Assembly: GCF_006345805.1 (NCBI RefSeq)
Contig: NC_043022.1
Location: 19,034,001 to 19,098,000, forward strand
Length of the DNA stretch: 64,000 nt
Direction of reading: 5' to 3'
Source: Octopus sinensis
Lineage: Eukaryota
Positions 38,956 through 50,810 of this stretch are shown here, in pieces (the stretch's first letter is position 1; each line of letters starts with the position of its first letter). The translations under genes and the position numbers were made by a program. The notes beneath the pieces were generated by a model. That model had not been told where the DNA came from. It was given only the letters and a program-made list of their open reading frames with translations, and made no database searches.

Positions 38956-38994
<39 letters not shown>

Positions 38995-38999
38995 GTTTT

Positions 39000-39042
<43 letters not shown>

Positions 39043-39064
39043 CTCCATACGTATTTATATTTAC

Positions 39065-39132
<68 letters not shown>

Positions 39133-39283
39133 CATGTGTGTGAGTGTCTGTGTGTCGGTGTGTATTAGTGTGTTCATGCCTGCGTGCGTATCTACCTGTA
39201 GAAATATTAAACTATAAAGCTATTATTGATCAATAAGATCATATTGGATTTTTTGCAATCGATATAATTATTATTTATTCCTT

Positions 39284-39342
<59 letters not shown>

Positions 39343-39344
<2 letters not shown>

Positions 39345-39898
39345 GCCCTGATGCAGTACCAGGCAGTAGCTCTCATGGCTTCTGATCTTAACTGATTGGA
39401 AGTGTTATCATGTACATTGTTTTGTCTTGGTATAAAAGATGGGCTACAGCAAATATTCTGCTCAATTCCACAGATTTGCTTGTCAGTTGTTTGACCTTAA
39501 CCAGTTGAGCATGTCCCTTAGTGGCTGAAGATATGTGCATCTCTGATCACGAGCAGAAGTAGTGGGGGAGCATCATAGCCATGTGTTGAGAGGGATTCTT
39601 TGGGGTTTGAATAGTTCACCTCTGGAAACATGGGTGGTTCTTTCAACATCCTTAAACAACCCTTATTCAGGGACCGTTTGAGCGGGATGGGCTACTCAAC
39701 CTGAAGAAAATTCTAACTGGGCCCCACCTGCAAGGTCATGTGCTGTTTATCTTGATATGAGATCACCATGTCGCGCACATATGGTTGTGATGCATGTGCC
39801 TGGTGTACCTTTATCAGACGGGTAGTCATGATGGGTATATTGGGCTTCGTATATTTTACCCCAGTGTCACTTTGATGGCATGAACTGCTCTCTCACTC
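39343..39898. mobile_element. About 555-bp non-coding element embedded in (AAT)n
   Basis: Complex sequence with long AAT tracts on both sides; class unassigned. Confidence 0.45.
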
Positions 39899-39932
39899 AA
39901 TAATAATAATAATAATAATGATGATGAAAATA

Positions 39933-40007
<75 letters not shown>

Positions 40008-40009
40008 GG

Positions 40010-40725
40010 GGGAGAGGGACACACCAGTACTCAACTGGTACTTATTTCATCGATCCCGAAAGGATGAAAGGCAAAGTCACCTTAAATAATGATAATAATA
40101 ATTCTTTCCCTTGGGAGCACAAGGCCTCAAATTTGGGGTAAGGGATTAAGTCGATAACATCGACCTCAGTGCGTAACTGGTACTTATTTAATCGACTCCG
40201 AAAGGATGGAAGGCAAAGTACGTTCTGAGTTCAAATTCCGCCGAGGTCGACTTTGCCTTTCATCCTTTCGGGGTTGATTAAATAAGTACCAGTCACGCAC
40301 TGGGGTCGATATAATCGACTTAATCCGTTTGTCTGTCCTTCTTTGTCCTCTCTGTGTTTAGCCCCTTGTGGGTAGTAAAGAAATCGGTATTTCGTCTGCC
40401 GCTACGTTCTGAGTTCAAATTCCGCTGAGGTCGACTTTGCCTTTCATCCTTTCGGGGTCGATTAAATAAGTACCAGTTACGCACTGTGGTCGATGTAATC
40501 GACTTAATTCGTTTGTCTGTCCTTGTTTGTCCTCTCTGTGTTTCAGCCCCTTGTGGGTAGTAAAGAAATAGGTATTTCGTCAGCCGCAACGTTCTAAGTT
40601 CAAATTCCGCCGCGGTCGACATTGCCTTTCATCCTTTCGGGGTCGATTAAATAAGTACCAGTTACACACTGAGGTCGATATAATCGACTTAATCCGTCTG
40701 TCTGTCCTTGTTTGTCCTCTCTGTG
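40010..40725 (+). mobile_element. SINE S2 tandem array (about 184-bp period, 3 units) preceded by inverted partial units
   Basis: Equivalent TTCTRAG positions at 40223, 40407 and 40592. Confidence 0.9.
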
Positions 40726-41322
40726 TTTTATATTTTATCTTCAGAGGAAACATACAAGACGTTCTAATGAAAAGTTATCTACAATCGATAAAATAGATCT
40801 TTATTAAAAACATTTGTAGATAATTTCTGATGTCAGTTTGAGAGATAAGAGCCAAGACGTTACGAGAACTTCTACATTGATTTTTTTATGGCAGATTGCT
40901 AAAACCAGACCACATCTTAATCACTAAAGACAGTCCGCATCTTAATCGCCAAAGCCAGCTTGCATCTAATCTAAAGGTTTGAGTGTCATAAGTTATATGT
41001 TGCTTCTTATTTGCTTTTCGCCAAATCGATGTTTTCCTTATTCAGTAATTGTGCTACCGAGAGACAGGTCACGGGCGGAAGTGTGACTCTGAGGTCAAAA
41101 GACTCGTTGTTTTGCAACTACATGCTTTGGGATTCAATCCTCTTGCGCGACACTTTGGATTTTTGCTGATGTCCTGCGACTGACCAATGCTTTGTAAGTG
41201 AATTTTGGAAAAAGAAACTGCGTGAAAGGTCGACATGTATACACACACACACACACACACACAAATACACACACACACACACACACACCACACACACATA
41301 TATATATAATATATATATATAT

Positions 41323-41376
<54 letters not shown>

Positions 41377-41575
41377 CGAGCAAAACGCCCCATCCCCGCT
41401 CAGTGGACGGTGCTGAGTTGTCAAACATTTAAACCAAATTTTCTCAATATTTTTGCCAGCTCGCCGCCTTAGTAGAAATAATATTAGAAAACAGATAGCG
41501 GAGTGACTAAAGTATTAGATAGCCAACTAAGAAGGCGATAATACTTGATCCATTTTATCTGTAAACAAGAAACTA

Positions 41576-41990
41576 GGATCTTTTCGGTTTGAACGGCAGT
41601 TTTTTCTAGCAGAGTTATATGAAATTGTCACCCATAATTATGACCCTAGTATCAATCTCTTGCATTTCAATCTGTTTTAAGTTTAGGGGTAGGGGGAAGG
41701 GTATCATTTTTTCTTCAGAAATGTAAATAAACCCAATCTGTTTCTTAAACGAGGGACATATTCATACGGCACAGAATGTTTTTCACCTCAATAGACGTCA
41801 TTGATTGGTTGAAATTGCAGAAATTAAAGAAAAACAACAACAAATATCTTACAAACTATAGAATTTCCTTAATAAAGCCAAGAGAAAAAGATGTTTTATA
41901 AACACATTCTACCAGTATACGAAGTTTAAAAGTGTTTAGTTACATGGAAATTATGTAAAAAAAAAACTGCCGTTCAAACCGAAAAGATCC
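41576..41990 (+). mobile_element. MITE-A copy flanked by a 41-bp direct repeat
   Basis: 41534-41574 versus 41991-42031, 2 mismatches. Confidence 0.9.
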
Positions 41991-42590
41991 GGCGATATTT
42001 CTTGATCCATTTTATCTGTAAACAAGAAACTGATTTGGAGGCTTACTTTAATTTGAGTCGACAGTGCAGGCTTCAAGGTTAATTCTGAAGTGTTATTCAT
42101 ATTAAATGTTGAATTTCCATATATTAGACATATTTCTAAAGACGCTACTGTTCTTTCATTACAATGTCGACTTTGCCTCAAGTGAGACAGGTGTGCAATC
42201 GACAAAATACATAAATTCAATGTGCTGAAACAGCTCTCTTCCAGGCAATTCCACCACAAGTAATAGAGAAGCGATCATTAAGTCTCTGCTTGTTAAACCG
42301 TTGCTTGCCTACAAACTACTTCAGTTAATTATTCTTATTATTAGCGACCCAAATGAAAATCTTCCCTCTTGGCAGTGTCCTTGCTTGAAAATATGAATAT
42401 TTATATTCATATTATAAATATCCATCTTGGTATGTAGAAATTATACATACATACATACATATACACGCGCGCTCATACTTAAAACTTGATACATTTTTTT
42501 AATGTAAAGTCGACAGAGACAGAGAGGGGCGGAGAGTGACATGGAAAAATATACAGTGAATCCTCGCTAAGCCGCATTAATAGTACTGAA

Positions 42591-43014
42591 AGATCTTTTC
42601 GGTTTGACCAGCAGTTTTTTTAAATAATTTCCACGTAACTAAAAAATGTTAAACTTCGTATACTGGTAGAATGTGTTTATAAAACATCTTTTTCTCTTGG
42701 CTTTATTGAGAAAATTCTATAGTTTGTAAGCTATCTCTTGTTTATTTTTCTTCAATTTCTGCAATTTCAACCAATCAATGACGTCTATTGAGGTAAAAAC
42801 ATTTTGTGCCGTATGAATATGTCCCTCGTTTAAGAAACAGATTGGGTTTATTTACATTTGTGAAGAAAAAAAGATACCCTTCCCCCCACCCCTAACCCTA
42901 ACCCTAACCCTAAAACATATTGAAATGCAATAGATCGATTCTAGGGTCATAATTATGGGTGACAATTTCATATGACACCGCTAGAAGAAGCTGCCGTTCA
43001 AACCGAAAAGATCC
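42591..43014 (-). mobile_element. MITE-A copy
   Basis: Both TIRs present; TSD unclear. Confidence 0.9.
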
Positions 43015-43555
43015 CTAGTCTGGTTTATAGCTTTCCCCCATTTCACAACCATATAACAACATTTATCCTGACCAAAATTTGCATGTACGTACGTATGTAT
43101 GTACGTACGTATAAGCACGTACATGCATATGTACGTATGTATGTAAATGTATATATGATGTAGGAAGAGAAGTAGGACTAATAACTTCAGATTATTTTGA
43201 TAATTCATTATTATTGAACTTATTAATTAATAAAGCAATTATTAAAGTTAGCTATTCACAATATAAGAGGATAATGTTAGTCTTGTATAATTACATGGAG
43301 ATGAAAGAAATGTGTGTGATTGGCAATGAACATTTGCTACAACGGAAAAAAAGATTTAAAAACAAAATCAAGTCTACGGATAAACAATCCTGCCTGTTGC
43401 CATTAATGTTTGAATGTATGTATGTATGTATGTATGTATGTATGTATGTATGTATGTATGTATGTATGTATGTATATGTATATGTATGCATGTGTTTGTA
43501 CGAATGTATGTCTGTATGTATGTTATGTATGTGTTCGTCGGTCAGTTTTGTTAAC

Positions 43556-43602
43556 AAAACTGTCTGATGAACGGGAACGTGAAACTCCGAGTAACACATT
43601 TT
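43556..43602 (+). ncRNA. Minimal type I hammerhead motif
   Basis: TGT|CTGATGA|ACG-GGAA-CGT|GAAA|CT-CCG-AG|TA^|ACA. Confidence 0.7.
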
Positions 43603-43709
43603 ATTATATTTCTGCTCCTTTTAAATAAAGCATATTACTTTACCTCTAGTATTTGAGTACTCTTTTTTTCCACCTTGTTTCACATAAATGTGCTTACTCC
43701 GGTATATAT

Positions 43710-43761
<52 letters not shown>

Positions 43762-44796
43762 CATAGGGAGAGTTTACAAAAAAAAAAACAAAAGACGAAG
43801 ACAGGTGGTGTACAAAACAAACATATGTATTAGTATAACGCTCAGGAATTGAAAAAGTCTTTTACGTTTCGAGCCTACGCTCTTCTACAGAAAGGGACAC
43901 AGAAAAAAAACAAGGAGAGAAACAAGGAGAGAAAAAATTGTGTGTAGTGGCTAATGATCTATACGACAGGCTCCTTTCAGTTTCTGTCTACCAAATCGAC
44001 TCACAAAGGCTTTGGTCGGCCCGATACTATAGAAGAAGGCCCAAGATACTAAGCAGTAGCATTGAATCCGGAAACATTTGGCTAAGATCACAATACACCG
44101 ACCGGTCTGGGAACCTAGACCACGATCAATGCACAGGGATATGAACCTTCACATCAAACATTAAGCCAGTTAGATATTTGCAATGATTGAAAAAAACACA
44201 AAACCTATTCAAACCCTCACTTGTATACTTGTATTGATATCAATACAATATCAATATCAAACGAACAAGATATTATTATCATTGATTTTCTTTTTCGTTT
44301 TTTTTTTTGTGTGTGTTTTTTTTTTTTTTTTCATAATTCAGATAGCAGCAAATTGATTTTGTATGAATCAATCCTGGTCTTAATTCTGCTGTTTATCCTG
44401 AGAATTTTGTTTTCCTTTATCTGAAACCAAACTATTAAAAGCCACATTATTAATCCACTGTTTGCCAAACGAATATTTACTATAGCATGCCCGTGGCACT
44501 TCTCTTTAATTTGCTACTGTAATCTACTGAATTGCATTTCTAATTTACTAGATATCGTCTTGTCTAATTTGTAGCGACTTCATGTTCTTTATGGTTAAAA
44601 ACGTTCTAATTTTGTAACGAAGCTCCAATACTATTATCCTGTTTTTTTTTTCTTCCTTGGCATGCAAATTAACTGTCCAACATTACATTCAACAGCTCGT
44701 AAAAATCACAAAATAATTAGGACAGATCTTCTACAATACAGAAGTGGATGCTTCAGCAACTATATGGATGACGTATATGTGTATGCATGCAGTTTG

Positions 44797-44828
<32 letters not shown>

Positions 44829-44864
44829 TGTATGTATGAATGTATGTGTATATATATACATATG

Positions 44865-44904
<40 letters not shown>

Positions 44905-44965
44905 TAAAACGGTAAGATAACAAAAGAAAGAGACCTCAATATTATGTAAATAGAGGAAATTTATC

Positions 44966-45041
44966 TATACAATAATGTTACATTACTCAATAGTCAAGAT
45001 AATTATCTTGACTATTGAGTAATGTAACATATTATTGTATA
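44966..45041. repeat. Spacer-less palindrome (perfect 2 x 28 bp core at 44975-45030)
   Basis: ...CAATAGTCAAGATAA|TTATCTTGACTATTG... Confidence 0.9.
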
Positions 45042-45085
<44 letters not shown>

Positions 45086-45092
45086 CATACAC

Positions 45093-45340
45093 CATACTAA
45101 TCATATCTGTCGGGCATGTGGAAGAGAGTGTAATTTGGCAGGAGGACTTAAACGACATGCAAAGGTACATGAAGCCCAGTTACAACTACAGCCGGCTACT
45201 ACCGGTAAAGGTAGTTGCCAATTTTGTACAAAACATTGTAGATCTTTAGCTGGGCCAGAAAGTCACATTCGATCACAGCACCAGTAACAGTTAAGCTTCG
45301 TGCAATGGCCATACTCGATAACGAGGGGGCAGCCATCATG
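45093..45340 (+). pseudogene. Probable RTE-type LINE 3' end with two C2H2-like zinc fingers
   Basis: CRACGRECNLAGGLKRHAKVH..CQFCTKHCRSLAGPESHIRSQH*, stop at 45285-45287, then a short tail and microsatellite. Confidence 0.55.
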
Positions 45341-45346
45341 TATATA

Positions 45347-45385
<39 letters not shown>

Positions 45386-45389
45386 GTTT

Positions 45390-46415
45390 AAATATTTGTT
45401 GTGCAAGATTTTTTATGTGAAGTCGTGTGTTGAAACAGATATTGTTATATTTCGGAATGGTCATATTGCCAGTTTAGCCAATAAAAACACACGCACTATA
45501 TATTTGGTGTTATTTTGCTTCAGTGATATTTATTTTTTACATTAATCTTAATCTTATTTCGGCCAAAGTTCTTTCGTCACACTCCTGTGACCGCATCAGT
45601 GGTCCTTTGTTTTCTTCTCACTTACTTGTGTCTCTCCTTACTAACCGTCAGCCATTTTGTATTTCTATTGTATGTCTTCATTTGCGCATGCTTATATCTC
45701 TATGTGCGTCTATGTTTATTTAGTAACAAGACAGTAACATACGTAGGGGAAACAGCAAGAAGCATTGGAGAGCGGGTGAATGAACATTGGAGACAACTCA
45801 AGGAAGGTAAAAGCTCATCGATTCTGTACCAACACGCCGAACAAGAACACGGGGGATCAATCAATAACATAGAGATTAAGATATTGTCCACACATAGAAC
45901 AGATGCAACAATTAGACAAATTACAGAAGCTACACATATAATAGAAAATAAACCTAGCCTGAATAGAAAACTAGAATGGAGCAATAGCACACACCACAAC
46001 ATATGACGATAGTGGATCCTGCAAACATAATAAATACACAGATAATTAAAGAAATAGAAATGAATAACTATATATATGTATATGTGTATATATATATATA
46101 TGTATGTGTGTATATATGTGTGTATATATGTATATATGTATATATATATATATATATTTTTTTTTTTTCGATTAGATTTATTATTATTATTACTAATATT
46201 GTTGTTATACATACATACAAGCATATGTAATGATAATAATGGGTGGATGTAAACACATGAACAAAATTAGAACAAAAGCAACAACAACAAAAACAAAATA
46301 CAAATTACAAGAATGTATATAACCAGAAGATACAAATATTACAGGCATCCCCCCCACACACACACACTAAATAAACATAGACGCACATAGAGATATAAGC
46401 ATGCGCAAATGAAGA
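45390..46415 (+). mobile_element. Penelope-like element (GIY-YIG C-terminus 45725-46006) with inverted pLTR
   Basis: YVGETARSIGERVNEH..RQITEA..I...KPSLNRK; 45675-45724 is a perfect inverted copy of 46366-46415. Confidence 0.8.
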
Positions 46416-46416
46416 T

Positions 46417-47390
46417 TTGGTTTGCAAGATTCTTTATATGAGTTCGTGTGTTGAAGTATATTCTGTTGTGTCTGGGGAGAGTCATTTTCTTTTTGTGCCT
46501 TATAATGTAACACACTCACCGGTAAAATTTCCAGTTATTTCTTCTTATTTTTTTTTTATTTTCCTAAAATTTTCGTTGCGTCTTGCAACCTTTTCAATAG
46601 TCTTGACTCCGTTATTTACTCTGCGTTCCTTTTTGTTTGTTTGTATGCATGTGTGTGGGTCAGTGTGTGTGTGTGCATCTGTATGTATGTATCCTGTATA
46701 TTCATGTGCTTGCATGTCCGTGTTTGTGTATTTTCTATGTATGTGTGTGTGTGAGCGTGTGTTTGTAAATGTAAGCACCTCTGTCTCCTTGTGTGTGTAT
46801 GTCCGTGTGTGTGTGTGTGTGTTTTGCAACTATGTATCATGTTTGTATGTATGGATGTGCATCTCTATATGTGTGGACCCGTGTCTCCATATGTGTCCTT
46901 GTGTGGAGTAAAGTGTGTGTGTGTATATATGGTCAAGTGTGTCAGTCTCCATTTGCGTATGTGTGCTTGTCTGTTCTTATAACCTATGTACCTATCCGTC
47001 TGTATGTTGATCTGTTTATTTTCATATCCATATGCTTACATACAAAAAAAATTCCACACACACACACTCATACCCACACACATACATACATCTATCTACA
47101 TAACAGTCCACTAACTATTCTACTCTACCTGTGTATTATATTTACTATGTATATCTCCTATTTAGTATTGGGGAGGTTTCTTTTATAAGGATGTACTCCC
47201 GTATTTGTCTGAGTGTTGGGTCTTTTGGGTGCTTGGATAAGATGCGGATGTCAAGTTGACCCAAGTTGCCTCCATGGTGGTCTTTGGCATGTTGTTAGAG
47301 TATGGAGGACTGTTTTTTGTCGTCCTATTGTCTCAGATGTTCATTTAGTCGTTCCGCAATGCTTCTAGATGTCTCCCCTATGTACGTGAC
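46417..47390 (-). mobile_element. Second Penelope-like element (GIY-YIG relic 47150-47390), tail-to-tail with the previous one
   Basis: YIGETSRSIAERLNEH..LRQIRE..I..TSPILNR with internal stops. Confidence 0.75.
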
Positions 47391-47526
47391 ACACACACAC
47401 ACATATATAGGGTAATCGTGAGCCGAATACCCTAACCAATAAGCTACGCGCCTTCACAACTGGGGTGTACAGTTAACATGGTTACGAAACGTGAAGTTGG
47501 CTGTATTCATATTTGCTTACGAACTT

Positions 47527-47730
47527 ATTACGTCCACCTTAGCGAAAGCGGAGGTATTGTTTTCAGCCGTTTGTTTGTTTGTTCTTTTGTTTGTCCATGG
47601 ACAAGATATCTCAAGAACCACTGGATGGACTCGGATGAAACTTTCAGGGATGTTTGGCTTCGTGACAGGCAAGAACTGATTAGATTTTGGGATCGATCCG
47701 GTCCAGACAAGGATTCTGGATTATTTTACT
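47527..47730 (+). mobile_element. Helentron-associated (HINE/DINE-like) non-autonomous element, 5' part
   Basis: TTATTACGTCCACC..GCGGAGGTATTG, (GTTT)n, ATGGACTCGGATGAAACTT architecture. Confidence 0.5.
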
Positions 47731-48359
47731 CTTTACTCTCTTTTACTTGTTTTAGACATTTGACTGCGGCCATGCAGGAGCACCGCCTTTAGTCGAGCAA
47801 ATCGACTCCAGTTATTTCTTATTTTTTTTATTTTCCTAAAATTTTCGTTGCGTCTTGCAACATTTTCAATAGTCTTGACTCCGTTATTGACACTGCGTTC
47901 CTTTTTGTTTGTTTGTACGCATGTGTGTGGGTCAGTGTGTGTGTGTGTGCCTATAAATGCATACATGTACGTATGTATGTGTGTATATATGTGTATGTGT
48001 GTGCATCTGTATGTATGTATCCTGTATATTCTTTGTAAGCCTAGTACTTATTCTATCGGACTATTTTGCCGAACCGCTACGTTACGAGGACGTAAACACA
48101 CCAGCATCGGTTGTCAAGCGATGTTGGGGGACAAACAAAGACACACAGTTTTTTTTACTTAATTTTTAAGAGCGGTCGGGTTCCCTTATAGTATTCTCGC
48201 TTGCGAGAGCAGTCGAGTTTATTTCAAATATTCTCATTTTAAAAATAATCTCTGGCTAATCGTCGAGAGGACGTAGGTGATGCCTTGGCGGAGGTTTGCG
48301 CTCTATGAGTGCTCTTGTTAAATATTAAATTAAAATATCATATTCTCTTTTTTTTTTTT

Positions 48360-48752
48360 TTTTACTCTTTTTACTTGTTTCAGTCATTTGACTGCGGCCA
48401 TGCTGGAGCACCGCCTTTAGTCGAGCAACTCGACCCCGGGACTTATTCTTTGTAAGCCCAGTACTTATTCTATCGGTCTCTTTTGCCGAACCGCTAAGTG
48501 ACGGGGACGTAAACACACCAGCATCGGTTGTCAAGCAATGCTAGGGGAACAAACACAGACACACAAACACACACTTACATATATATACATATATACGACA
48601 GGCTTCTTTCAGTTTCCGTCTACCAAATCCACTCACAAGGCATTGGTCGGCCCGGGGCTATAGCAGAAGACACTTGCCCAAGATGCCACGCAGTGGGACT
48701 GAACCCGGAACCATGTGGTTGGTTAGCAAGCTACTTACCAAACAGCCACTCC
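48360..48752 (-). mobile_element. SINE S1, near full length
   Basis: Homologous to the other S1 copies. Confidence 0.8.
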
Positions 48753-49224
48753 CTACAGATTAAATTTGGTTCTTCGCTATTATTTCGTCCAGTTGGCTTT
48801 CACGCTGTTGTTCATTGCTAAAGAAGTTTTAATTAATAATGATTATATCATGCAATAGTCGGAGTGGTGTCCCCGGCTTTATTGTTGCTGTCATTCCAAG
48901 TTATACATAATTTATAAATTTCTCATCCCAGAAATACAGAACTGTTTTAAATATGGAGGAAAAGCGCTAAGCAGTGATATGTGAAATTTCAATGTTGTTA
49001 TTAGTCCAAATATGAATGATGCACGCTCGAATTGGGGAACAAGCTACTCACTGCATTTTATTACGGAGAATAATTCACTCACGGTGAGCCGCCGTATAGT
49101 GCTGTCAGTCCTCGTGCGGTGACTAGAAAAACGTAGGAGAGGTGATCTCTTAATTCCGCTCTCAGTATCATCTGCTTAGTGTCTGTGACTAATGAAGAGA
49201 CAACTATTCCGAAATATTGTTTTC

Positions 49225-49430
49225 TACTCTGGCACAAGGCCCAAAATTTTGGGGGAGAGGGTCAGTCGTTTAAATCGATCCCAGTACGCAACTAGTACTT
49301 AATTTATCGATCCCGAAAGGATGAAAGGTAAAGTCGACCTCGGCGGAATTTTAACTCAGAACATAAGGACAGACGAAATACCTATTTCTATTTCTTTACT
49401 ACCCACAAGGGGCTAAACACAGAGAGGACA
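49225..49430 (-). mobile_element. SINE S2 tail joined to a headless unit
   Basis: Minus-strand junction GAAATAGAAATAG|GTATTTCGTC at about 49380. Confidence 0.75.
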
Positions 49431-50618
49431 CAGTCTAATGACTGAAACAAATAAAAGAAAAGGACATCAACCAAATTTAGGAATATATCAGCGCGAGTAT
49501 ATCAGTGTATTTACAATCCAAAGACCCAGCATTCGGTGCCGTACGATGCTAATCATAAATATGATACCTGAGTTAGCTAACCATTATTTCAATCTTTAGG
49601 TCGCAATTATCATCCTACGTGGTTTATCAAAACTAATTAGTCACGTGACAATTAGAGACAGTCTTTCACACCACGTTGTCCCCTATACAAATTTTCTGCT
49701 CAGACCTGTCTTTACCAATTCTTTTTGCCATCAACGTTTCATTATTCCCATTGCTTAGATTTCTGTCCCAGCTTTCAGACCATTTTATTCAGAACAATAA
49801 GATATCAGTCAAGGATTAACACATTTTTTCAATGCATTCAGAGGGTTCGGTTCTGACTAATTAATATAGGTACAATTATCAAATTGATGCACTGAATTAC
49901 ATTAAGACAAGGAGTTTCTTTTTTTCTCTCCTCTTTTTTTCGCTATTATATGCAAAATAGTAACTTTTATCTATGTCTAAAGATTTGGTATTGACAAATC
50001 CTAAATCTTATTAAGAGTTTCGTGGCTTGGAATACGTTGTGCTCAACTTAAATCTCCAACTGAAGAGAATGTGCACGATAAAACTTGTCGGATCTTCCAG
50101 CCCTTCCTGCTGTCGTTGAATATAATTAAAACAAATGATTCTGGCTGTTAGATTAATTATTATGAATTAGAAGAGAACAAAGATATGAGGAGCTGATTAC
50201 TGGTCGCTTAATTATTTTCTACGTATCCTTATGTAAATCCACGGCGAGTTTGCACTTATTGGTATGGAAGTCATAATAGCAGATTCTGTTATTCTAGAAT
50301 ATTTTTGATATTGTAACGTTGCGACAAGACTAATCCCTTTAAGCAGGAAAAAACAATCAAACATAGGCGCAACTACGTGGTCTCGAGTTCAGTTCTGTTC
50401 CGCTGCATTTTGGACAAGTTAATTCTACTATAGCCCCGGACTGACCACTGCCTTGTCAAGGAATTTGGTAAAGAGAAACTGTGTGGAAGCCGGTTGTATA
50501 TATATTATGTATCTATTTGTGTATGTATGTGTGAATGCATGTCTATGTATGTGTGTATGTATTTATATATGCATGTCTATGTATGTTTGTTGATAGAAAG
50601 ACAGACAGACAGACAGAC

Positions 50619-50677
<59 letters not shown>

Positions 50678-50714
50678 CAGATAGATAAATAGATAGATAG
50701 ACAGATAGATAGAC

Positions 50715-50810
<96 letters not shown>

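Noticed and set aside
40760-40840. CTAATGA followed by a 13-bp hairpin
   Set aside because: No GAAA or stem III follows; at best a very decayed relic.
44400-44700. Possible further GIY-YIG relic on the minus strand
   Set aside because: Only a weak IG.S-like match; too degraded to support.
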